Below the pieces are notes generated by a model that was given only the letters and a program-made list of their open reading frames with translations, did not search any database and was not told the origin of the DNA. A DNA stretch of 58,039 nt, the filler included, from Thelocarpon superellum (lineage: Eukaryota): NCBI GenBank assembly GCA_026025795.1. It is 2 parts of 2 records of this genome, joined end to end, with 100 filler letters (N's around TTAATTAATTAA, not from the genome) between each part and the next. Parts side by side here need not be neighbours in the genome. Positions count along the whole stretch, not along the records: positions 29,128 to 58,039 come from JAPEUG010000228.1; 1 more part is not named here. The stretch is one strand, 5' to 3'. The position numbers and the translations under genes are program-made. Each line of letters starts with the position of its first letter. The stretch's first letter is position 1. Shown one piece after another: positions 48,618 through 58,039 of the stretch.

Positions 48618-51118
48618 TCAGGTCTTCATGTCCCACGTCGGCCGTAGCGACTGCATGAGATCGACCTTGGTGCCCACAACTTCCTTGGGGATGCGGCTGA
48701 CGCGGTACGCGCCTGCCCGGATGCTGTGCAATTGCTTGGCCGACATGGCACTGCGGTTGCTACGGATACTGCCCGCGTCACTTGCCGTGTCGTTGGTCTT
48801 GAAGCGCGGTGGCGGCGCGAAGTCCAGTGCTGTGAAGGTGCCCGATCTGCGGAGGGCGTGTCTAGGACCACGTTAGCACGGACGTCATCACGGAAGGCAT
48901 TGTAGCAGGACTCACGGGCTAGGCATGACGGAGAGATCATCAAAGGCCGAGGCCAGGGGCAGATGGGCGGGAATGTTGGCCATGCCCCGCGGGCTATCCG
49001 GACGGCCCGCAGCCCGGTCCTTGAACGTCTTGGGCGGGGCGAATCCGATGGGCAGGGCAAATGCGTCTTCACTGAGCGCGTGCGGGGTCGGCAGCACGCG
49101 GAGAGGCGAGGGAGGAGGTAGCGCTTTCCGTGGGGGACCACGACCACCCGGACCCATGGGTCCAAAGCGGCCAGAGGCAGACGAGTAGGCCCGCGGCCCC
49201 GGCGGCGGCGCGAGTCCGCTCATGGACGAGCCCTGGCTGCGCGGCGGGCCGCGGAACCGCGGAGGTGCTCGCGGTGGCGGTGTCATGGCGCGGCGCGTGA
49301 TGGGCTCGGCGTAGGGGGCGCCAGCCATGACAAAGTTGCCGACGTCGGGGTCATAGTAGGCGGCGTCGCGCAAGTACTCTTGACCGTAATCCTCATAATA
49401 CGCGCCGTCCTGAGGGAATGGGCCCGGTTTGGATTCATCGAAATACTCCTTGTAAAAGGACCGGATCCGGTTCGCCCGCTGCTCCGGATCGTCGGAGGGA
49501 TCCTCCGGCGGCAGCGGTCGAAACCCCATCGACAGCCGGCGAAGATCGAACCCTGCAGCAGGAACCTCATCCGCACCGTGGGAAAAATCCTGGGCAGAGG
49601 GCATCATGATATCCAGAGATCGTCGCTGTGCCGGCGGCTCCGGCAAGGGCTTGGCGACGTTCTCGAATGCAGGGTCGCCCATCTCCTGGTGGGCGTCATA
49701 GTCTTGCACGTTGTACTGCGGCACGTCGTACTGTGGCACGTCATACTGCTGCTCGTCATATTGCTGCTCGTCATATTGCTCTGGTTCGTAGTGGTGCGAA
49801 TCGTCAACGAACTCGTGGGGTTGTGGCATCTCGAGGGCTGCGTCTCGGGAAGCTTTGCGTTCTGGATGGGCGGGCGGCGGGGTGACATCGAAGGTGGGCG
49901 GGGACGTTGGGTGGTCGATCCGCGGCGGAGACATCTGTCGATCGTTACGCGGCGGAGACGTCGGCGGAGACGTTGGCGGTGCAACATCCATCTTAGACGA
50001 CGTCGGCGGGTCGGAGGGTGCTTGCTCTCGGCTCATGCCGGAGTCGCGGGGATTGATAAAGGCTCCGAGATAATTGTTGCTGCGGCGCATGTCTCCTCCG
50101 TCGCGGTCAATGTAGGAATCGCGAGGCGCGTCCGAGTCGGCCGTTGGCGGCATCAAGCCATTCGGACGAGGCGTGGTCGGAAGACCCTTATTGGCCATGG
50201 AAAGCACCGGGTCAGGCAGGGGGGTCGATGGGCTCATGGGAAGGCCCGGCACGTTCCTATCCGCTGGGGTGGCGGGTGTGGTGATACGGCTTGGCGGGCT
50301 GGATCGCGACATGCGTGAGGCGTGCTTGAGAAGCTCCTGGTCCATGTGGTCGGGGCCACCGCTGGAGCTGGTATAATTGGACGCGTTGTCGGGGCCACGG
50401 TGGTAGCTTGGAGCGAAGGAGCGTCGAGTGGGATCATTGTTGATGATGGCGGTGGCCGGTCGATATCGGTCGTCGCCGCTGGGCATGGTGCGGGTGAGGG
50501 AGTGCAAAGACTCGCGCGAGCTCTGCAAGCCTGGGGGCAGGAGGTAGGGGCTCCCCATGGTGCCCATGTCCATGGACAAGCCCCGGGGCCGGCGCGGGAG
50601 CTTCTCTGACAGATCAAAGGGATTCGCACTCATCTCCGGCCCAACTTTGGATTTCCTCCCCGCCCGGCCTGGCGATTTGCCCGCTGGCCGCTCCATCCCA
50701 TAATCGAGGGAGGCATGCTTATCGTTTGCATCCTCCGTCCGAAGTTTCCGTACGTGTCGTCGGTGGAGCACGAGGAAGATGGCAATGGCGATGACAATCG
50801 GGATGCTACCGGATCGAATGGTCAGCACTTGGGCAGCATCAGCATGGGGGGAACCACCTACACAACGCCAAGCACGATGGGAAGGGTGGTGGTGTTGGAG
50901 GAGGATTCCGTCGGTTTCTGGCATCGGGCCGAGTTGTCATCGGGAGCACAGGAGGTGGAGGCCGTCGTGGTCGTGGAGGAAGAGGAATCGGACGTGCTAG
51001 TCCGCTTGATCAAGGCCTCCGCAACGTGGAAGAGGCGCGAAGGAGAGACATGTTTACGACGATGGACGGACCGCAGCGCCAGCGCGGACCGTGGAAGGCC
51101 ATCAATCCGTGGTGACAT
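48618..51118 (-). CDS. Single-pass membrane protein with a long Pro/Ser-rich cytoplasmic tail, Skg6/Tos2-like; exons 51118-50862, 50805-48916, 48861-48618; ~796 aa
   Basis: Two-Cys motif CAPDDNSARCQKPT before TM LPIVLGVV|IPIVIAIAIFLVL, then MGFRPLPPEDP..RANRIRSFYKEYFD and GAYRVSRIPKEVVG. Introns 50806-50861 and 48862-48915 are canonical. The Skg6 relationship is inference. Confidence 0.82.
49695..49790 (-). repeat. Degenerate 15-bp coding tandem repeat encoding YEPEQ-YDEQQ-YDEQQ-YDVPQ-YDVPQ-YNVQD-YD
   Basis: Visible in the DNA and in the ORF 48912-50924 translation. Confidence 0.85.
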
Positions 51119-53242
51119 GGTTGGCGGGTCGACGAGTCTCTGGGCAGAGCTCCGCTCCAGACGACGGCATCCGTCGCCCACTTGGCGACGTCGTGGTCGT
51201 CGTGGAGGGCGGAGGCGGCGAGTGGACCTGGCCGGGCGTGGTTGTGTTCCGTCCAGGCGATGACTGCACCGATGAGTCTGTGGCGACCAAGCTCACGATC
51301 GTCCCTGCAATTGATGCGTGCTGCTTCCGGTCGTCCACCGCGTTACAGCGTCGTTACAGGACTGGGGTGAATCCCAAATGAGCGACGCGACGCGAAGTCG
51401 TTCACGTCCTAAAGCTGGTGACAATTTCATGCGCCGACCGAAAGGAAAGATCGACGGGCTTGAGGCGGGTAAAGGAACGTCGTGGAAGGAGAGGAATGAG
51501 AAACCACCACTCCGTGAAAGAGATAGGCCGATAGGAGAGAAAGACAGACTATTCCGATCGAAAGATGAAGAGGGCGAGGACGAGGGCGTGGCAGAGCGAG
51601 GTACCGCTCGTCGAATGAGGCCTCTCGTGGTCGAGAAACACGGACGAAAAGGGAAATGAGAGCGTTCAGGTGCTGCTCCGAGCACCCGGCCTACCCTGAG
51701 CGCTCGACCGGCCCTCCGGCCCTCCAACTTCCACCAGTCCGAGGGCTCGTACGACTACCAGGATGCCTTCTACTCGTCCTCCCCCCGCGCGCCCAGGCCG
51801 ACTTGGCCCTACCGCCGTGCCAATTCCTCCGTGCCCCTGCTGCAGCGCGATGGACGCTGTCCAACTGGGGCAAGTGGACACCGCGTCGGCGTGGGTCCAA
51901 CGCAGGTACAGCCGTGGGCCCAATCTCGCTAAGTCAGGGGACCAACCAGCGTGCACCCACACGGGCGGCGCTCAGCACCACTGGGCCTACTACGCCCAAA
52001 GGGGGCTGGCCGACCAGCGACGGCTCGCTCTTGTGCCTGGCCCGCTGCCCTCGCCCAAGATAGGCGTGTCCGGCGTGCTTGGCTTGCCCGCCACGCTGTC
52101 TCCTGGCGCCCGACGTCCCTTGTCCCGTCATTGCTCCACGATAAGTCTCCCGACGTCCCCGTCCGCGGCGACCAGTCTCTTTCTGACGCATTGCGTTGGC
52201 GCGTTGAGACATGGTCTTGACAGCGGCCGCAGGCACAGCCGGATCATTTTGCCCGTCCAAGCTCCCTTCGCTAGGCATTGGGCCGACCGCGCGGGTCGAG
52301 AATGTTACGAGGACTCGCCGCCCCGGTAGCCGCCGAGCAGATCTCGGCGGCCTCGCTAGAATGATTTTTCAAAGGACAACCCACTCTAGATAGCGTGCTC
52401 GCGTGTGCACTGGCCACGCTCCTTCACGTGAGGACCAGGGTAATGACTGGGTATCCACTTTCACCAGCACAGTGGGAAGGCCTGCTCGAGTCCGTGGTAG
52501 TGGGGTTCCCACTGGTTGAGATACGAGAACCATAGTCCGAGTCTGACGGACGCACCGCCGTCTTCCTCTCCACCACTGTGCACGACCACCGCTGTCCTCT
52601 TGTCCTACTCCATTTGTGTCACGGGTACCAGGCACACGTGAGGACGGCACGGCTGCGCGACAGCGTTTTTGAAACGGTTTCCTGCCGTCGACGATCTCTG
52701 TGTTCCTAGATCACGTGATGCTGATCCGCCCGAGCGCACGTCAGATTGTTCATCCCACGGCGAGAAAGCGGCTCCATCGCTTATACGCTTCCGAGATGCG
52801 TGATCCAACTGTGACGCGCCTACGCGCTCACCGATCCAGTACGGGTGGGGCGAGCTCCGTGGCTCTCGCATGTCTATCCACCTACCATGTCTAGAATGCG
52901 GGACTTGAGCTTTGCACTCCAAGGTTCCCATGCAAATGTGCCTCTCATTTCACTCGTGGCGCGTGAAATGTGCGCCGCTCGTGGCGGGCTTCGCGTGGCC
53001 CGTCGCTCATAATCTTGCTCTTGCGCCTACTTCTTGCGCCGGACTCATTTCGATCCGACGAAGCTGCCCGAGTCCGATGGGCTCGTTTGCAAGCTACTCA
53101 AAGGCTTGAGGGCAATCTCGATCGCGTTGTCCACGTTGTGCCCCCTGCCATGGCTCGCCGCTGAATCACCGCGGCACATTTCTCTTGACGGCGCTCGGCG
53201 ACGGACCGCCAACGCCGGTGGGAGCACCGAGCACCGAGCATC

Positions 53243-54025
53243 ATGTTGCCAGTGATTATCGGCGTCATCTTGGCGCTGATGCTCGGTCGGTCCGCCTGGG
53301 CCGTGTCGGTGATAATGAGTGCTCCCTTGTACGCTCAAGTGATGTACCCTTGGCGGCCACCGGAGAGGGTCGTCTGCACCAACTTGCCGACCGGATTTTG
53401 TTGCAACAACCTGTTCGGGTACGCCGATGTGACCTTCACGGACCTCTTGCAACACGATATCGCAGCAACGTTTAGGAATCAGCAGATCTACGCTCCCTAC
53501 AACTGGCTGAGAAACATTCAGTCACCGACGATGGAACGGCAGTACGCCTGCACCGGCGTGGTCACGTCGTACGGCGGGGGCTCAGCATACGGTCAATATA
53601 GGTTCCGTGACAACGTCACGACCGGGGCGATGTGGACCTCGTGCTCGGAAGAGGAAGAGCCATGGTATGCCGTGCAGCGAGCATTGCGCCAGCCGCACCC
53701 TGGCGGCCGTTGGCGAGCGACCTACAATCAGCTCTTCAATCTCTTTCACCTCCCCGACCTGACGGCCGTGTGCGACTTCCGGTTGAAACGGAGAGGAGAC
53801 TCGGCACCAGCGGCTCCCTCCCTGGACGGTCCTGGTCAATGCACATACGCCGATCGGGTTGGCCAACATTGTCGCAATCGCCGCGTGCCTCATCGCTCGC
53901 CCTTTCCCCAGGTCTATCCCGATATCATCACGGTCAACGGGACGGATTACACCCATGTGAGGACACATGGCCGGCAAAACAAGCTCGCATACGTCAGCAC
54001 GATGGGCGATCGGATCGAGTTTTAG
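53243..54025 (+). CDS. Secreted cysteine-rich protein, 260 aa, unknown function
   Basis: Signal peptide MLPVIIGVILALMLGRSAWA, 8 Cys including CTNLPTGFCC, basic LKRR site, N-glycosylation sequons NVT and NGT; intronless ATG-TAG ORF. Confidence 0.78.
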   Translation: MLPVIIGVILALMLGRSAWAVSVIMSAPLYAQVMYPWRPPERVVCTNLPTGFCCNNLFGYADVTFTDLLQHDIAATFRNQQIYAPYNWLRNIQSPTMERQYACTGVVTSYGGGSAYGQYRFRDNVTTGAMWTSCSEEEEPWYAVQRALRQPHPGGRWRATYNQLFNLFHLPDLTAVCDFRLKRRGDSAPAAPSLDGPGQCTYADRVGQHCRNRRVPHRSPFPQVYPDIITVNGTDYTHVRTHGRQNKLAYVSTMGDRIEF

Positions 54026-55675
54026 TCGTCAACCACCACGAATCTCCACGCGCCCCTGTACGGCCAGACCCGATGAGTCAGTGTGGGCTTGTGCGAAATG
54101 GCTTCTTCCCACGTGAAGAGCTTATCCATGCCCTTCGTGCAGTACTGAGACCCTGTACATATGATACATATATGAGAGCAGCCACCCTCAACTTTCTGAG
54201 CTGGATGGTATACGTACGCAACAAGGTTTTGCCTCGCACTGTGGCTCGTCTTTTCTCTGGCCCTACTGCGTTGTGGTAGGTCTTGAGGATGGTGTCCCTG
54301 GGTACGGTGCTTAGTTAGTCGCCGCCGGGGTAGCGCTTAGAGCTGAAACGGCCCGGGCGTGGGTGCACGGTCGGGATATCCAGGCCGTCTGTGCCCCATT
54401 CTCCCGGCTTGATAGGGCTAGGAAGTGATCTCAGATCTTCCCCGCTCGCCTTGCAGCAGGCGGATACGACGGTGTGCAAGTCATCAAGGCAGTCCATTTC
54501 CCCACGTGATCATCCCACGGCAGATTGCGAGGGCATTCCATTGAGCTTGACGAGATGGCGAGGATGACGGGCACGATCTTCCTACATATGCTCTGGAATA
54601 ATGGGCGTGCTCCGCAATAGATTATCTAGAACGGTACATATTAGCGGGAGCGCTCCATGACGGGCTGTCTTGCAATACTGGAATGGAGGGGGGTGCTCCT
54701 TAGTCGCTCTCTCAGGGTGTCTAGACCTTTGTCTGCTGGTTGTCACTTGGCTACCTCGTCCGGTCCTTTCTGCAAACCCTCTCCCCTACTCCGTACGTCG
54801 CCCTGGCTACAGCGAGAGAGCGAGAGGACGAAAGTAGGCGAATACCGGCAGACTCGGAGCATTTCATCATCCAAAGACCTCCAACAACATCAAAAGGCTC
54901 CATTGATGGATTGCTCCCAGAGTGCAGATGTCTTAGAGGTAGGCCGTTTCTCTAGACGAACGTAACCACAGCATGCACTTCCATCTGAAGCGCTGCACTA
55001 CGGTAAAGCAGCTGCATGGTCTTGCGTGGCGTTGATCGTTCACTATTATTGTCCGCTGGCCGTACCGACACCGCTCTCTGCGGCAGTTAGGCGGCCCACT
55101 GAAGAGGCGGCCACTGAAGCGACGGCCCCGGCACAGCGCCACACACCATGCGCCACCGCCGCCTGTCTGCTTTGTGCCCATGGGCGACCTGACTCACGGC
55201 TCCTGGTTTATTCATCTATTTCAGAGGGATTATGGAAGCCAAGCGCTAGACAGCGATGGCTCGTCGGCCCGTCTTCATCCTCGTTCTCGCTTTGACTCGC
55301 GACCGCCGATGTTGATCGGCGAGGGTCTGTCGGGACGTATTCCTGTGCTGCCGTGAGAGGACGAGGTACGCGATACCTGCCGCCGTAGTGAGGCAGGGCC
55401 GGGCAGCGAAAGTCTAAGGTACCTCCAGGCTACCGTGGTCGACTCCTAGCACGTCGGTCAGTATCGTATCTGCCCCACCACGAACGTCAACTACTCTCTC
55501 CAGCCACCATCCCATCCTCCCACACCCGCGCCGCAATCGCCCCCTCCTCGTTACGAGTTGGCCATCGGTGGCACGATTGATCACTCTTGACTCGACTGAG
55601 TCTTCCTCGGCCTGAGGCTTCGTGCCCGTCGCACTGTGGCGTTCGACGCGGTGAAGGGTACGGTACACGCTCAAC

Positions 55676-57986
55676 ATGTCTATTTCAATAGAGGAGCTGG
55701 ACAAGACCGTCCGGGCCTTCTATGAGGATCGCGGCGAGGCGGTATGCTCCTCCAACCCTCTCCCGGCGGCGCATTTCCCGGCTAATCCTCACGACCGATA
55801 GCAAAAACAAGCCCAGGCCACGCTGAACCAGGTACGGACGGCGCTGGCTCGTGCCTGGCCCATCGTCACGAATCCTCGCTGATCAGACGCACAGTTCAAA
55901 GAGAATCCTGATGCCTGGTTGCTCGTCGATAAGATTTTGCAAGAGGCCTCGTATCCCCAGACCAAATGTGCGTCCTCCACTCTCCGAGTTCGACGTAGGC
56001 GGATGCGCGGGCTAACCAGCTGCAGATCTGGGCTTGCAGGTGCTTGACAATGTCATCATGACCCGGTGGAAGGTGCTTCCACGAGAACAATGTCAAGGTG
56101 CGTCGGTGGCGCACCCCCCCCCCCCCCCCCCCCCCCTCCCTCCCGGCCCCGAACATGCGCTCATCCCGCGACCCAGGCATCCGGAACTTCGTCGTCAACT
56201 TCATCATTCAGAGCTCGAGTTCGGAGGAGACGCTCAAGAGCCAGCGCACCCTCATCAACAAGCTCAACCTCGTCCTGGTCTCGATCCTCAAGCAGGAGTG
56301 GCCGCACAACTGGCCCACGTTCATCAACGAGATCATCTCCTCGTGTCACACCAGCCTGTCCATCTGCGAGAACAACATGGCTATCCTGCGCCTGCTGTCC
56401 GAGGAGGTCTTCGATTACTCCGCCGAGCAGATGACCTCGGCCAAGACCAAGAATCTCAAGACCACCATGTGTGCCGAGTTCTCTGCCATCTATAAGCTGT
56501 GCTCCGAGGTTCTCAACGACGCCAATCAGGCGAGCCTCATCAAAGCCACGCTCGAGACTTTGCTGCGCTTCCTCAATTGGATCCCGCTCGGATACATCTT
56601 CGAGACGCCGCTCATCGACACGTTGCGCAACCGCTTCCTCGAGATGCCCGACTTCCGCAACATCACGCTCAAGTGTCTGACGGAAATCGGCGGCCTTCAG
56701 ATCGGGCCGCAATATTCCTACGACGAGAAGCTCGTCGAGATGTTCACCGGCGTGCTCACCACCATCTCCAAGATCATCCCGCTGTCCCTCGATCTCAAGG
56801 GCACCTACGGATCCAGCAACTCGCGCGATCAGGAATTCGTGCAGAACCTGGCCCTCTTCCTTTGCAACTTCTTCTCCATGCATCTCTCCCTGATCGAGAA
56901 TCTCCCCAACCGCGACTACCTCACCCACGCCCACTTCTACCTCATCCGCATCAGCCAGATCGAAGACCGCGAGATCTTCAAGATCTGCCTCGAGTACTGG
57001 ACCAAGCTGGTGCAAGAGCTGTACGAGGAGATGCAGCAGCTGCCCATCACCGACGTCAACCCCCTCGTCAACATGGGCGTCACCGGACTCTCCAACGGCG
57101 GGGCGCCGCATCCCCACGTGCTTGCCAACTACCCGCTGCGCAAACACAAGTACAACGAGGTCCTCTCCAACCTCCGGCAGGTCATGATCGAGTCCATGGT
57201 CCGGCCCGAGGAGGTGCTGATCGTCGAGAACGACGAGGGCGAGATCGTGCGCGAGTTCGTCAAGGAAAGCGACACCATCCAGCTCTACAAGACGAGTCGC
57301 GAGTGCCTCGTCTACCTCACCCACCTGGACGTTGTCGACACGGAGAACATCATGTCCGACAAGCTCGCACGGCAGGTGGACGGCACCGAGTGGTCCTGGG
57401 CCAATTGCAACACCCTCTGCTGGGCCATCGGCTCCATCTCCGGCGCCATGAATGAGGAGACGGAGAAGCGATTCTTGGTGACGGTGATCAAGGACCTGCT
57501 CGGGCTGACGGAGATGAAGCGCGGCAAGGACAACAAGGCCGTCGTCGCCAGCAACATCATGTACATCGTCGGACAGTATCCCCGCTTCCTCAAGGCCCAC
57601 TGGAAGTTTTTGAAGACGGTCGTCAACAAGCTCTTTGAATTCATGCATGAGACGCACGAAGGTGGGATTGCTCGCCCGCCGCTCCACGGGTGCGTGTCCG
57701 CGCGGGCAAGGCATGCTGACGCGCCGCAGGTGTTCAGGATATGGCGTGCGATACCTTCATCAAGATCGCCAACAAATGCAAGCGCCACTTTGTCGTGCTG
57801 CAGCCGGGCGAGACGGAGCCCTTCATTGAGGAGATTGTGCGAACGATGCGCAAGATCACCAACGACCTATCGCCCCAACAAGTTCACACCTTCTATGAGG
57901 CGTGCGGGTACATGATCAGCGCGCAAGGCCAGAAGAATATCCAAGAGCGACTGATCCAGGAGCTCATGTCGATCCCGAACGCGGCG
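55676..57986 (+). CDS. CRM1: Exportin-1 (Crm1/Xpo1), 5' part; exons 55676-55741, 55802-55831, 55895-55967, 56026-56097, 56177-57661, 57730-57986; continues beyond the window
   Basis: [127 protein letters not shown]. Confidence 0.97.
56114..56136. repeat. C23 homopolymer in CRM1 intron 4
   Basis: Read directly from the sequence. Confidence 0.9.
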
Positions 57987-58012
57987 GTAAGTGGCGAGGT
58001 GCCCGGTCGGAC

Positions 58013-58039
58013 CGATTGTGCGATTGTGCGATTGTGCGA
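58013..58039. repeat. (CGATTGTG)x3+ tandem repeat in a CRM1 intron, cut by the window edge
   Basis: Read directly from the sequence. Confidence 0.85.

Noticed and set aside
56161..57714. 517-aa antisense ORF opposite CRM1, and similar shadow ORFs over NEO1, MED13, PHO81, ALDH and the 23189 gene
   Set aside because: Expected by-product of high GC and C/G-ending codon bias; no recognisable protein motifs.
1..58039. tRNA, rRNA, snoRNA, transposons, CRISPR arrays, biosynthetic gene cluster
   Set aside because: None recognised by eye; tRNAscan-SE, Infernal and a repeat search would be needed to exclude small RNAs or degenerate elements.

Overview
GC-rich eukaryotic DNA from a filamentous ascomycete (Pezizomycotina), judged by short GT-AG introns with CTRAC-type branch sites and recognisable fungal proteins. 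A 100-nt artificial spacer (N44-TTAATTAATTAA-N44, 29028-29127) splits the window, so the two halves may not be contiguous. I can support 19 protein-coding genes, mostly housekeeping: SEC16 (partial), NEO1-type P4-ATPase, ENP2, MED13, alanine aminotransferase (partial), an MNN2-family mannosyltransferase, CCDC25/DUF814, COA1, mitochondrial uL3, PHO81/nuc-2, an aromatic aldehyde dehydrogenase and CRM1 (partial). The rest are several uncharacterised membrane proteins, an orphan gene, a small Cys/His protein and a Cys-rich secreted protein. I recognised no tRNA, rRNA, transposon or CRISPR array. The most striking observation is in CCDC25/DUF814: its conserved DVW-FHVDK motif is rebuilt by splicing two adjacent introns around a single-nucleotide exon (G at 33936). 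The PHO81 start codon is also split by an intron (AT|G). Gene identities come from motif recognition by eye, not database searches.
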